Assembly: GCA_047967505.1 (NCBI GenBank)
Contig: CM106538.1
Source: Dipteris shenzhenensis
Lineage: Eukaryota
Reading direction: 5' to 3' (one strand)
DNA length: 64,000 nucleotides
Positions 50,709 to 64,000 of this stretch are shown here, piece by piece; the first letter of the stretch is position 1, and every line of letters begins with the position of its first letter. The notes under the pieces were generated by a model. It worked only from the letters and a program-made list of their open reading frames with translations. It made no database searches and was not told the origin of the DNA. Position numbers and translations under genes: made by a program.

Positions 50709-53700
50709 ATGGCGCCTCCTCCTCCTTTCTACCACCTCCTCCTCCTCTCCTTCTTCCTTTCCTTTGCTTCCTCCTCCCTCTCCTCTCCTTCATCCTCCCT
50801 CCCTCGCCGCCAAATGCTCTCCAATGGCTTGGGCCTCACTCCTCAAATGGGGTATTTCTCCTCCCTTCCCATCTCCCTCCTGCTTTTTCCTGTCTTCTAT
50901 TCCGTTGAGCGTCCATTACAACATTTGCCCGTCCCTTGGCATGCCTTTATAATCGATTTTGAGAACCAAACGCCTTTGCCTCTCCTCACATTTTTATTGC
51001 ACCTGCAGATGGAATAGTTGGAACCACTTCGGTTGCCAAATCGATGAGCAAATCATCCGCAATACTGGTACGTTTGCCTCCCTTCAGGACGTAAACGCAA
51101 TTCTGGACGTTAAATTGAAGCTTTGTACATGGAAGTATAATGAAATGACTCCCCGCCGTCGGAAAATATATCTTTTTGCTTGTTCACATTGCACTAAACT
51201 TATGTTGCGGCAGAAACCAAGTCCAGAATCGATTTACAACTTCATCTTCGTCCCTGCATTCATTCGAATTGATGAATTCAATCTTTAGTTATGTTGAAAC
51301 TCTGTATCTTACTAGATGGTCGATTACAAGCGCATCCTTTTACGTGTTATGCTTGCAGCCGACGCGATGGTTTCAACAGGGCTGGCTGCACTAGGGTACA
51401 AGTACGTGAACATAGGTAAGCTGCTTGACTGCGATTCTACACTGTCGATTGTGTCGAAATGTTTTAGGACATCCAGAATGCACGGAATCACAAAATACAT
51501 TTCTGCATTTCGGGTCACCGGTGCACGTTACGGATGCATTTCATAATCTCTCAGCGTTCGACAGTTGTATAGAATTTATGGAGCATTGAGTTGTAATTGA
51601 TCCTTTAACATTGAACAGATGATTGCTGGGCGGAACTGAGCCGTGACAGCCAGGTGAGTAACTCAATATTGAAAGTACGCGAGAAACTCAACCGAAAGTC
51701 TCGCCATAATTCTTCTCAAAACTTATTGCGAAACTTAACGAATGGTCGCACAGGGTAATCTGCAAGCAAGACGTTCCACGTTCCCGTCTGGCATCAAGGC
51801 TCTTGCGGATTACGTGCACGCGAAAGGCCTAAAGCTAGGGATTTACTCGGACGCAGGGTCAGTTGCTAACTTTTTCCAAGTTTGTACTGTATCTATCTCC
51901 CCTATTCGCATTACGTGGAGTTCGGTGCATCACAGATTCATGAAATCCGATTACGCATTGGTACAATGTGACTGAAGTCTGAACGAGATCGTTGTCTCTC
52001 AGATAATTTATCGATTTGATCTCGCGAGACTAATATTGCGTTAATTCCGCAGCTACAAAACTTGTCAAGGCCAACCTGCTTCGCTTGGGCATGAACAACA
52101 GGACGCCGCAACATTTGCTTCTTGGGTACGTCGGTCCTGCTGTGCTGAGATCCTTAAATCTAACCTGCATTGCAATTTTAGACTATCGAGCTGAGCAAAT
52201 GTTCCAAATTCGAATGTATGGTTTCTCGTTGCTTGTCTCACGCGCGAAATGCGCAGGGAATCGACTATTTGAAGTACGATAATTGCAACAACGATGGATC
52301 ATCGCCCGAAACGAGGTTGGCAGTCCCTGTCTTACGACATTCTATTTTCCGGGGGGCGATGCCGATTACATGGCAAAGTCTTTGCTGTTACTTTTCTCAT
52401 TCTGCTCCTTGCAGGTACCCGGTAATGCGAGATGCCCTGTTGAGCACCCAGCGTCCCATCTTTTTCTCCCTCTGCGAGTGGTGAGCACTGAGAGTCTGAA
52501 ACGTCCCGCCCCGCTTACATTTTTTAATCAGACGAGCCGTGCATGCGGAGTTTTGACAATGTATCCGTGGATTTTACCCCTGTCCCCTTTTGTTGATACC
52601 AGGGGGCAAGACAATCCAGCCACCTGGGCTCCCAAAGTCGGAAACAGCTGGAGAACCACTGGCGATATCAGCGACAATTGGGCAAGGTGAACGGAATCCA
52701 TGGTTAAAAATTGTCACCGGTCCGTTAGCCCAAACTTATACCATGGTTGTGTGGATATGGCAGTATGACATCCCGAGCCGATCTCAACAATGTCTGGGCT
52801 TCGTATGCCGGGCCTGGCGGATGGAACGGTGATGTCGGGACTCCGAAGACTTTGCTGCCGAAGCATCAGCTTTTTCTTTCGCGTCGGCAAGAGAAATATT
52901 TTTCATCATGTCCAGCTAACAATCAATCTGGCTTCTGCAGACCCGGACATGCTAGAGGTGGGAAACGGAGGCATGACGACGGAAGAATACCGGTCGCACT
53001 TCAGCATATGGGCAATAATGAAGGTTTCCAGACTACTCTCAGCTCGTTTTCGCTTTCGATTGATCGCATTTGTGCTAGCTAGATGCTCTCATGGGGCAAT
53101 CAAATATGTATGCCAATGCTTCTAACACGTAGTCGCTTGGTTGTGTGTCTCATTCAGGCTCCGCTTCTCATCGGTTGTGATGTTACGAACATCGGAAGCG
53201 ACAATCTCGCGATATTAAGCAATCCCGAGGTTATTTCTGTGAACCAAGGTCAGTAGTTATATTAGGCAAATCTCGACGTCTTTGAGGGATAGTTTGCAGA
53301 TGATCTAGGAGGTTTGCTGATCAAATGCTTGGGTTCCTCAATGTGTTAAAAACACAGATTCACTAGGAGTGCAGGGAAAGAAGGTAAATCAGAACGGAAA
53401 TCTGGAGGTAAGCCGTAACCGATACTATGTGCCTAGAATATGTCGTTTCAAATAATTCTCATTTGCCGGAAGCTGGCTACCACAAATAATGCGAGAGGAC
53501 GTGAATTGTGGCAAATTTACAGGTATGGTCTGCGCCATTATCAGGGAACAGGGTAGTGGCAGTATTGTGGAATCGTGGAGATTCACCGTCTGTGATCACG
53601 GCCCAGTGGTCGGACATGGGTCTAGCGTCCTCGGCAGTGGTACAAGTTCGCGATTTGTGGGAGGTAAGATCCACGCTTTGGGCTCATTTCAACGGAGGGC

Positions 53701-53903
53701 ATTGTAGTGGTTCACCAGAGAATTCCCGTCTGCACCACAGTAGCCTTTCTGCTTAAACGCGCCATCAGATTAACTCATGTGTCGTGATAAGCATTTGCGT
53801 TTTCTTGCAGGAACAAGATTTGTCGACGAGCTATCAGGGCAGCTTGAGCGCGCAAGTAGGAGCACACAGCGTCAAGATGTTCATTCTCAAGCCCTCCAGC
53901 TAA
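50709..53903 (+). CDS. AGAL: Alpha-galactosidase (GH27, melibiase), 15 exons, 400 aa with predicted signal peptide. Exons: 50709-50851, 51009-51067, 51359-51415, 51619-51653, 51754-51857, 52053-52125, 52257-52315, 52415-52480, 52603-52686, 52764-52828, 52941-53023, 53158-53248, 53358-53407, 53523-53663, 53811-53903
   Basis: Motifs [44 protein letters not shown] (nucleophile), [14 protein letters not shown] (acid/base), [22 protein letters not shown] and VRDLW. All introns are GT-AG, and exons sum to 1203 nt in frame. Confidence 0.96.
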
Positions 53904-55782
53904 TGTCAAAAGTGGATCAATCCCAGCCGACTATATAATTGTGACATGTTATTCAGATCCGTCGATAAGTTCCGAAGCAGAAGTCCGGTAGATTAAATTA
54001 GGCATGGCCTTCTACAACAGGCGCGCGTAGCTACCGGGAATCTTCAACAAGACTAAGAAAATTTGTTGCCAAACCCACAACAAATTTCGTGGTAGGCAGT
54101 GTGGTTGTCAACCAATCAATGGCAGCTGCAGCATCGCAATCTCTATCGTTATTCTAACGCTTCAGGCGATCAACGCCGGAATAATTCTGTTGTGACAGAT
54201 GTCCAAATGTAAATGTTTTTGTCTTCCCTTAGGCCAATCTTTCCTTCAAAACAAAGGCGTGTGTTAATGTGATTGGTTGGGTGCCAAAATGTGTATCTTA
54301 AATCTACAATTCAAAGTTCAGCCTCACAATTTGCCTTTTAAGTTTGCAAATTTCTTTAAGTATTTCGAAATCACTCACCCACCCACCCACCCTTTAATTT
54401 GGCCTATCAGAGCATACTATAGAATCTGGACATGTCGTAGGACCACTAGGGTGCCACTCCATCCGCATAAGGAGTGAGTTACAATATTGTTGTGAAGATC
54501 CAAAACCCATGTAAGTGCCTTGTTATTCATGCATTCTTGAGTTCTTTTGGAAACACTAGAAAAATCATATGGTTCCTCAAGCTTTATATTTTTGTAACTT
54601 TTTATGTGGACATGGCAATGGAAGATTAAGGGGAAAATCTAATCAAAATTCACATTACCATGTAGAGATAACAAGTTCATCCTAATTTGCTATGGGCTTT
54701 AAATAAAGTCTGCTTTATTCTAGGGTAAAACTAATGAAGATGATTTTGTTATAAATGAACACAAGTCATATAACAAGAGTGAACATCGGCAACAATGACA
54801 AGTCTTGCTAACTATGATTAAAAAAGGTTGTTCGAGACTTTGCATAAGACTTCAAGTGCCCTCATCTACCCTAAGAATCATCACCAAAAATTAATAGTGT
54901 AATAGGAAATTTTATCCAAAAGTTGTATGGTTGATAAATCTTGGTTTACTATAGTTTTGATCCGCTAGAACCTTAATCACTAATGAATATTGATTTAACA
55001 CATAGATTACATATGCCAAGAAAATGCTTACCTATGATCGGAGAAAATATTCTAAAAACATAGAATAAGAAAACATACCTATTAAGCCTTAAAAAATAAT
55101 CTAAAAATGCAACAAATGTTGATGCCTTTACATTGCTAACGCATTTGAGGATGGATACAATATTAATTGCTCATAAGTAAGTAAGATAGATAGGGTCCTC
55201 ACATAAATCAAAGGTTATCTTATGAAAGGCTTTAGTACATACATCGTCAGTGTGATGGTGCATGGTAGTAGTATTCTCTCATCAAGGGAATACTTGTGAT
55301 GTAAGGACTTTAGAGATTTTTCATGATGGAACAACTTCAGTCAAGTTATTTCATTTATGCATTGTATGAGTTTACACTTGGAGATACACCAACGATTGTG
55401 CCACCTTGTATAAACAAGACGATCACTCTTACATGTGATTGCTTCAGGTGAAGATCATCACTCATAATGTGGGGGATTTTTTACATGTAGCAATGGGCCA
55501 CCTATACAAAGGTAATGGATATTGTAATGCTTTAAGTAGTCCTTGTTTGATCTCGTGATAACAAAGGATATGCATTGTATCAACGCTCACTATTGGAAGA
55601 ATCTTAAATGCAAAATGTTAAGCCTACAATAACATGCATAAAGGATTGCTTGCGAACAACTCATTGGGTACCATAAACTTTACAATTAAAATCACAACAT
55701 TGCAAGCAATGATAACTTTAGTTGGCCGTGACATGTGGCCTCACAAAATTCCCATCAACAGAAAGGGAAACCCACACGCTAA

Positions 55783-55956
55783 TAAAATATGAAGAGGGGA
55801 GAGGAGAAGAGTGGAGATGAGGAGAGAGGGCACAGCTAGAGAGCACACCACAAATGACTAACTATACACTAGATTTAGTTGAAAATGTAGGATATATACT
55901 AACCCTTTTAGAGTTAGGGTTAGGGAATCTAACCCTTTCCTTTATAAACACCTATT
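55783..55956 (-). mobile_element. Partial LTR of the same Copia family as 22420-27908
   Basis: Reverse complement of the LTR 3' portion (GAAGAGGGGAGAGGAGAAGAGTGGAGATGAGG...CACCACAAATGACTAAC...TTAGGGTTAGGG). Confidence 0.85.
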
Positions 55957-56059
55957 TCATTAATTTTAGACTGGTGCACTGTCCAAATTCGTTTTGTGAG
56001 ATAATTTTGGATAAAACATTTAAAAAAAAGAGGCTCTTATAAAACAAAACATTGAGTCA

Positions 56060-57960
56060 AAAAGGAACCATGTTTTTTTTACGGTTGTGCATCACACTAA
56101 GGCAAAAACGGTGTATAATGCGTGTTGCTTATGCAAAGCATATCCAATGGGAACAATACTTTGCATATGCCTCAACCTATGTGGTGTTGAGTTTCATGCA
56201 AAGTGACGTGCCCATGCCATAAGTACTTGTTCGAATAACACACCTAGGAATGCATTTTTGATGGTAGTGCATATCACAAGGATGAAAATGGTGTATACTG
56301 TGTAATTGACAATGCAAATCATATACGATGGACATAGTACTTTGAGCACACCTCAACCTAGGTAGTATTAACTTGTGTGCAGAGAGGTGCCCCCATCCGA
56401 TAAGCACTTGTTTGAATAACACACCTAGGACCATGTTTTTTGACGGTTGTGCATGACACTAGGGCAAAAACGGTATTTAATGCTCCCTCGACCATGCAAA
56501 GCATATTCGATGGGCACAATACTTTGCATGCTCCTCCAAAGTGGGGGTATTGAGTTGTATGCAAAGTGGTACACCCATACAATAAGCACTTGGTCGGATA
56601 ACACACCTAAAAGTGTGTTTTTTAATAGTTGTGCATGACACAAAGGCACAAACTGTGTTTTATGCATGATATACCATGCAGAGAATTTGCGATGGACACA
56701 GTACTTTGCATGTGCCTCAACCTAGGTGAAATTGACTTACATGCAAAGTGGTGTGTCCATCCGATAAGTACTTGATCAGATAACATACCTAGCGATGTGC
56801 ATGACGCTAAGGTAAAAATGGTATTTAATGCTCGATCGACCATGCAAAGCATATTCGATGGACACAATACTTTGCATGTGCCTCAAATGTAGTGGTATTG
56901 AGTTGCATGCAAAGTGTTACTCCCATCTGATAAGCACTTGGTTAGATAACACACCTAAAAGCGTGTTTTTTTAGGGTTGTGCATGACACTGAGGCACAAA
57001 CGGCGTATAATGCATGATCAATATACCATCAAGACATATCCAATGGGCACAATACTTTGCACGTGCCTCAAACTAGGTGTTATTGAGCTGCATGCAAAGT
57101 GGTGTGTCCATCCGATAAGTACTTGATCAGATAACACACCTAGGAGCGTGTTTCATTACGAATGTGCTTCACTAAGGCAAAAACGGTATTTAATGCCCAA
57201 TCGACCATGCAATGCATATCCGATGGGCTCAATACTTTACCTGCATCTCAACCTAGGTGGTATTGTCTTGTTTGCAAAGAGGCACACCCATCCGATAAGT
57301 ACTTAGTCAGATAACACACCTAGCAGCGTGTTTTTTTACGAATGTGCATAACGCTAGAGGAAAAACAGTGTATAATGCGTGATCGACCATGGAAAGCATT
57401 GTTTGAATAACACCCCTAGGACCGTGTTTTTTTATGGTTGTGCATCACACTAAGGCAAAAATGGTATTTTATGCTTGATCGACAATGCAAAGCATATTAT
57501 ATGGACACAATACTTTGCACACACCTTAAACTAGGTGGAATTGACTTGCATGCAAAGTGGCACGCCCATCCCATTGGTACTTGTACAAATAACACATCTA
57601 GGAGCGTGTTTTTTTACGGTTGTGCATGACACTAAGGCAAAAACTGTGTATAATGCATGATTGCCTATGCAAAGAATATCCGATTGGCACAATACTTTGC
57701 ATATGCCTCAAACTATGTGGTGTTGAGTTTCATGCAAAGTGACGCGCCCATACCATAAGAACTTCTTCGGATAACACACCTAAGAGCGCATTTTTTTACT
57801 GTAGTGCAGTGTATAATGCGTGATTGACAATGCAAATAATATCAGATGGGCATAATACTTTGTGCACAATTCAACCTAGGTGGTATTGACTTGTCTGCAA
57901 AGAGGTGCCCCCATCTGATAAGCACTTGTTTGAATAACACACCTAGGTTCGTGTTTTTTG
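56060..57960. repeat. ~181-bp satellite array, about 10-11 diverged units
   Basis: ATAACACACCTAGG-like anchors recur near 56240, 56420, 56600, 56783, 56950, 57135, 57315, 57411, 57592, 57775 and 57940. Confidence 0.92.
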
Positions 57961-58100
57961 CTCGGGGGGGTCACTCGTCATATGTAACCCTATCACGTGA
58001 GTTCAACAGATGGGTTTTTATTAATTCAATTACTTACAGATTTATATATACATAAGGAAGTAATTTAATACCCAAAAGTTAATATACAGAAGGGCGTTTT
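57961..58100. mobile_element. TIR end of an element of the same family as the 26819-27065 MITE
   Basis: CTCGGGGGGGTCACTCGTCATATGTAACCCTATCACGTGAGTTCAACA matches the reverse complement of the MITE right end. No partner TIR was found in the window. Confidence 0.8.
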
Positions 58101-61100
58101 GTATTAAAAATTATCCAGAAGTTTGCAACATGTGACATGGATATTTGCATAGAGTGGATTAATCTGCCATTGCCACCAGTAGGACCTCTTTTGGATTATG
58201 AGTTTTGCTTTGAACTTGTCCGAGATGAAGACTTTCAGGGTTGAGGGACTCTATGGTGTCTGGTGTTTGGGGTAGGGGTGAGTATATGGAAGAGATTGTA
58301 GTAGTTATAAAGGTAGTATAGTGCTCTATCTTTTTTGCAAAATCAACAGTAGACGTATCCTAAAAGCCTTGCCTTGTGAGTATATTGAAACTTTTTTTGT
58401 ATGATGTACACCATTGAGTGATGAGGGAGTGTTGATGTTTGGCCTTCCATGTGTGTGAACCCTACTTTGATGTTGGTGATCATGCCAAGTATCACTTTGC
58501 AATCCTAGCCAACATCGTGGAAGCAAATGATTGGTGACTTGTTGCATGTTCTTATCAGCTCGTAGCTCACGCTTGCCACCTGTACTTGCCTTGCACCAGT
58601 GTTCACAAAAAACCTACAAAGCCTTACAATGAAACTACAAAATTTTAGGTTTCACCTGATAATTTTCTATTTGCAGGTTTATGGAAATTGTTCTTGTAAG
58701 TGTTTCATAGGGATTTGACTTGGAAGATCAAATATGCAATTTTTATGGGTTTTCATTCATAAAACATGAGTGTTTTTTAGTGCACTAGAATCTAAAATCA
58801 AGGTTTTTAAACCTTGCATGCTTAGCATATATAAAAAGGTTAATTTTATATAGCTTTATATAAATGGCTTTTTAAAGAGAGAGCCTAGTTGATGGAGGAT
58901 CACGATAACCTGGTTTATGGAGGAGGTTCAAGATAACCTTATCTCCCTATAGCATATAAGGCTTTGCCATGCTAAGCCTCCTCTAAAATAATTTGAAAAG
59001 GATTTTCCCTCTTTCACTAATCAACCACTTCCACCTACTCCCTCTCCAACTTCTCCGTTCGTTGGCTTCTCGCTCCTCTGCACACCTACTGGCTGTCTCT
59101 CCCAAAATGATGAGACTACGACTTCAAGCTCAATACAATACCGAAAAGTCGAGTTCTTGATCTCTACAAGTGATTTTCAACCATCTATTGCAGATGCTTT
59201 AGTTCCTACGTCCCATGCTTTGCCTTGCAAGTTCTTCACATAATGACACTTTGGGCTTGTGCACTGTAATGCAGGTCCTAGCTCTTGAGTCCTCAAGCTG
59301 TTAGGTCTTCGATCTTGAGTCCTCAAGCTAACAACGATCCTTGAAGGTGCTCCTACCTCCGTTCTACAGGCAATTTGCAAATCAAAAGGTTGCAGTATAG
59401 AACGAAAGAATACTTCACGGGAGATCATGCTGCAGACTTTGTTGACGAGAATGCAGCAAAACTATTATCATAAGAAAGAAAGCGGCAAGAACAAGGTGGC
59501 TCCTCTTCGCAGTGTTCATGTTTTCACTACTAGGAGGGATGCTAAGAGTTCAATCCTCGCTGCATCTCTTCTACTAATTCGTGTTGTGTTCAATCTTGTT
59601 GCGTCTCTTCTACTTCGTGTGGTGTTAGCCTTGGCCCCTCTTTGTTTTGCTTTTGCGGTCCTTAATATGCTAATATGTTATTGTGTTTAACTCTTCTGGC
59701 TTTGCTTGATGACCAGAGAGCAGATCTTCTAGTCCAGCTCTCTACCCTTCTCATATTCTTGACTACATGAGAAATAGATTGGGCATAGCATTGATCTACC
59801 GTAGGCATTCTAGGTAATTGAATTTGAGGGATTGGATTTTTGTTTATCAAATCAAAAAATCTGGGGGGTAATAAGTTGGAAAACAGAGGTCAAGACTGCT
59901 TGCTACAGCCAACACTCCCTGGAGCGGAAGATTGTAAAGCGTATGCCCAGAAAACACACAGTCAAATCCCACTTCTTTCCTTAATGTGTATAGCATAGAG
60001 AGATACATACAGACTTAGATCTTTGAACAGTGCAACACTAGAGTAGAACAGTTGATCATATATTTGTAGATTGCTAAAAACAATATGGACAAAACCTGAA
60101 ACAATAGAATGTGTTCAGTGTGCTACCCTCTAGCAGACAGGGTGTTGCCTAGATAGGGATCTCTGACCACCCACAACTGTCATCTACCTACTTCTAGCAC
60201 CTTCGATCTCTATCAGCCTGCATGCTCTCCTAGAGCTTCAGTGGGTTGCGTAGTGATGCCCTGCAAACAGAAAACCTTGCTACTCCAGTGGACAGCCAAT
60301 GGTAAGGCACTATTTGCGAGTAACACATTGCCCAAAATTTCTGGTTTTCAATGTAGACATCCATAGTGACAACTCAGATTTCTGAGTGGATTGAGATGGA
60401 TGATTGCGTGAGCTCTTGCAAGATGGAGAGAATGTCCGTGGGGCTGCTCTTCATATTTCTCTCTGTCGGTTGTCAAGCCAATTGTCTCAACGTTGTTGAC
60501 TCTACACAAGCTGGCAGCAGCAGGAGAACTAGGTGAGTTGTGAAGTATGAACAATCTCATTTGTTGTGCGTTGCTCTCTCTCTCTCTTTGTGTTGAGCGC
60601 CAGTGATGGCTTTCAAATATCACACAAGTCTAACATGTATGGGATTGCAACACAAAAGCCAGGGCTATGGGATTGCAAAGCAAAAAACAGGGGAAGATCA
60701 TGGAGGAAACTTGCCATAGAGCCCATTTAATAGTATAACGTTTTTAATTAGGACAAGGCGGAAGGCAATGAGCCGAGAGCTAGAAACGACCTTGAAAAGC
60801 CTCAAGGGGAGTGGCAAGATGTTGCTGGATAATGGAGGCATAGCCAACTCTTTGGATTTTTGAGTTGCATAGCCTACTCTTTGGGTAGAGGGATTCGAGG
60901 TTCCCCTGTGCCTCAGAGCGGCGATCTCATCTTTGGTGCCAAACGGTCCTCGGATTGTGCTACCTACACAATAGAAGAAGTAGAAGAGGAATGAAGAGGG
61001 TGGAATCTCTTCTCAGTTAGAGATGCCCAGTTTGAGTGCCCCTCCTTTGACCAACAGCCATGGTGTCCCCAATGCCCCCTTTGCCACCACCTCGTTCAAT

Positions 61101-61340
61101 GGTTTATTCGACTTTTGATGTTGTTTTACTTAACATTATTAAATGTAACTGTCCAAGCTTTGACACTTAGTCATTTGATTTGATGTTCGTGTCATTGTAG
61201 CTTGCATAGTCCTCTTTGGAAATATTTTGTGTAGAATGTAGGGCTCATCAATAGACAATGAACCAGCCAGATATAGAAGCTACCAAAACAATATATTTTC
61301 ATCCAAAACTATGGGCACAACAAAAGAGAGAGGGATCCAA

Positions 61341-61797
61341 AGTCCCACCAGAGCGTGGTAGTTTGATCTTACCACAAGGTACTTCTACTATGTGCCAGAT
61401 ATCTCTAGACTCGAGCCCGCGTGATCCATCTCGAGTGGATGTAGACTTTATGTCTATATCCTTCTACCTTACTTCCTGTGTACAGCCTAGGTAGGCAGCC
61501 CTCTGTGAGCTAAGTCTGCAGCTCCTCAGCCAAGTTCACCTTCTAGTCATAGGCCAAAAGATGATGTATGAGGGCTTGGAGTCCCACCACAGCGTGGTAC
61601 TTTGATCTTACCACAAGGTACTTCTACTATCTTACGGATATCTCTAGACTTGAGCCCGCGTGCTCCACCTCAAGCGGATGTAGACTTTATGTCTAGATCC
61701 TTCTACCTTACTTCCTGTGTACAGCCTAGTTAGGCAGCCCTCTGTGAGCTAAGTCTGCAGCTCCTCATCCAAGTTCACCTTCTGGTCATAGGCCCAA
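61341..61797. repeat. Tandem duplication, ~239-bp period
   Basis: AGTCCCACCA..AGCGTGGTA...TCATAGGCC at 61341 and 61580. Confidence 0.88.
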
Positions 61798-62110
61798 CTG
61801 GTGCTGCTCTGCTGCTCCTTCCTGCTCCCTGAAGTGCTGCTCCACTCTGCTTGAGCTGGATGGTGATTTGATGCTTCTAAAATGTTTTTCTTGTCTATCT
61901 GCAAGATTGGTGGTCGAATCTTAAGTTCTACATTCTCTGCCCATTCTTTTGGCTGTGTTTTGGCAACATTCAGTGGTTTCAGGAGTTCTACACATCTATT
62001 GGCTATTCTAGACAGTTTTGCATTAATTGTACTTGGTGATTTTACAGAGAACTACCTCCTAATTGTTAAAGGGGAGATAGAATAGTTAGTTTGTCTTCTA
62101 GGGCCCATTT

Positions 62111-63290
62111 TGGTTGCATCAAGGATTCTGGAATACTGTTTTCAAATACCAGCATTACTCGAACCTCCAACACAATGGATCTTTCCAAACACAGAGATGC
62201 ACAAAGAATTCTGAACCCACAAACTATAAAGAACAGAGAGAGAGATCAACACAGCTTCAAGGAGCTGCAAACATCCAGCAAACTGCTGCACGAAAGGACA
62301 GCCACGGAAGACTGCGCAAATCTGAGGTATACACAAGAAAGGTGGCCAGGTTTTGCTCCTGCATGCCTCTTGTGAAGGGCTTCGATGGGATAGAACTCCG
62401 GCCACCTATGGCTTCTCTTCTAGGTAGCCAACACCCTTACCAGGCCAACCTGGTCAGTAAACTGAACCGAACAGATCTAGGCTGACCCTGGTCTATAAAA
62501 ATCACCTCCTCTACAGGTCTGCTGACCTGCTTGTACCCAACCTGTTCCATCCCAGGCCTGTCACTGCTGCAAAACTGGCTGCAGGTCTTACACTAACCTT
62601 GCAATGTTCCAGACCAGCACACAGTTCCACGGAGTGCTCCAGCCTGTATTGCACCCCCCAAAGCAGCCTGTACAGTAGGCGCATGCCCCACGCTCTATCC
62701 TGCTACTGCATTGCTCTCGACAAGGTCTTCAGTGGCTTAAGGAGGAGCCCCAAAATGCCTCTGCTGCTGCATTGCTCTCAACAAGGTTTCAGGGGTTTAG
62801 GGAGGATCCCCAAAATGCCTTACTTCAGCACTCTATCTACTGCAGGTGTTAAGCATAGATGATATATGAGGGCCCCTCCTTTTATAGGCCCCCTTGGGAG
62901 CTGGCTATCAAAAATCGACCAGTCAGTCCTAATGGCCGACTGGCTTGCTGGCCGACTTGGTTGGCTGGTCCTGTTGCCCCCTGCAGGCGCCCTTTTGGCC
63001 TGCCATGTGCCAGCTATGTGCCACCTCCTGTGCGCCTCTGTCAAGGGCCTGTTCCAGCTTATACATTCATGCCATGATGGGCCTCTATCAGCCCACTCGC
63101 TCTGTCTTGACAGCTATCCACATGGCAGCCTGTGTGCTGCCCATGTATAAGCCCCCTCTCCACCATGAGTCCCCTGCCCTCATGACAGCCAAGATACTGT
63201 CCATGTGGCAGGCCATTCCACCTATGGTCCACCCCCCCCGATGCACTCCTCATTTGGGGGCTCACAGATGGGGAGGTGACCATTCCAACA
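62111..63290 (-). mobile_element. Candidate LTR (Gypsy-like), minus strand
   Basis: Minus-strand start TGTTGGAATGG at 63290, TATA GGCCTATAAAAGGAGGGG near 62880, and a possible end ...CAACCA followed by AAATGGGCCC. No TSD or partner LTR was found. Confidence 0.4.
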
Positions 63291-63343
63291 CATTAACGGG
63301 GGCTTTTAAGTTTTCTAACACATTTGGAGCAGACTCCTAAAAA

Positions 63344-64000
63344 ATGCAATATTTACTTCAAACTCCTTCTACCTTACTCCTAAAAGACATAGATTCACAT
63401 TTCACTATTTCGAAGAGAGTGCGATATGAGCAATCAAAACATTCATGTGATCCAACTTCTGAGGCATGGTTAGCTATTGAGGGTAGTCGCAGGGATGCTT
63501 CTCACAAAGCACATTCATTTAGGAATGGTGATTGTTCAATTTTGTTAGGTATTCCCCATGAGGCTATAGAGGAGGGTGAGAATCTTGGTGCTGGCTCATT
63601 TGGAGTATGCTTTAAAGTCACTTTTAATGGCATCTCTTTCTTTCCTCGAAGTATTACTTATGCGGCGGAGCGCTACAAAGGGAACATACCTCACACCTTA
63701 AAGTCATTTGACAAAGAGTATGGAATGCAAATATTACATCCAGGGATTGTCAGATGCATAGGATTTACTAGAAGCTTACCTTGGATCAACATTTTTCCAT
63801 ACTTCAATGGAGGGAGTATTGGAGACATGATGATGCAGCTACCCTTTGAGAAAGGGACTTTCAGAAAGCAAGTGTTATGCTTGAAAGGCAATGGAGTCAC
63901 TAGGAGAGAACCAAATCCAATACGAAGTGATGTACAGCTTACGAGATTAAAGGCATTTGTGGAAGCTACCCCAGACATCATACACGCATTGGTTGATGCA
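63344..64000 (+). CDS. Protein kinase-domain ORF (N-lobe), truncated by the window end
   Basis: Open frame from ATG 63344 to the edge: LGAGSFGVCFK (Gly loop), YAAERY (VAIK position), FDKEY (alphaC Glu), LHPGIVRCIG and FPYFNGGSIGD (hinge). Absent from the ORF track because it has no stop in the window. Confidence 0.8.
   Translation, partial: MQYLLQTPSTLLLKDIDSHFTISKRVRYEQSKHSCDPTSEAWLAIEGSRRDASHKAHSFRNGDCSILLGIPHEAIEEGENLGAGSFGVCFKVTFNGISFFPRSITYAAERYKGNIPHTLKSFDKEYGMQILHPGIVRCIGFTRSLPWINIFPYFNGGSIGDMMMQLPFEKGTFRKQVLCLKGNGVTRREPNPIRSDVQLTRLKAFVEATPDIIHALVDA

Noticed and set aside
60860-60910. tRNA or SINE-like GGATTCGAGG box
   Set aside because: No A box at a suitable distance and no cloverleaf could be built.

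Overview
This is eukaryotic land-plant nuclear DNA, mostly nested and decayed transposons around one intact host gene: a 15-exon GH27 alpha-galactosidase (50709-53903, +, about 400 aa). Elements with readable boundaries are a full-length but inactivated CACTA/En-Spm transposon (36512-47109, TSD ATA), three CACTA 3' remnants, an internally deleted Ty1/Copia element (22420-27908, TSD CCTGT) and a 247-bp MITE inside it (8-bp TSD). Also present are an LRR pseudogene, a ~181-bp satellite and a protein-kinase ORF running off the right edge. The most unusual feature is a 4.1-kb insertion (29947-34044) flanked by ACTTG repeats, with LTR-like ends. It carries a tightly packed minus-strand ORF chain joined by TAATG and TGATG stop-start overlaps, including a stand-alone archaeal-type RNase H and a CCHC zinc-knuckle ORF. 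The CACTA element is also odd: its two genes are divergent and separated by an array of 76-bp palindromes in polypyrimidine tracts. All calls come from manual reading; no database searches were run.
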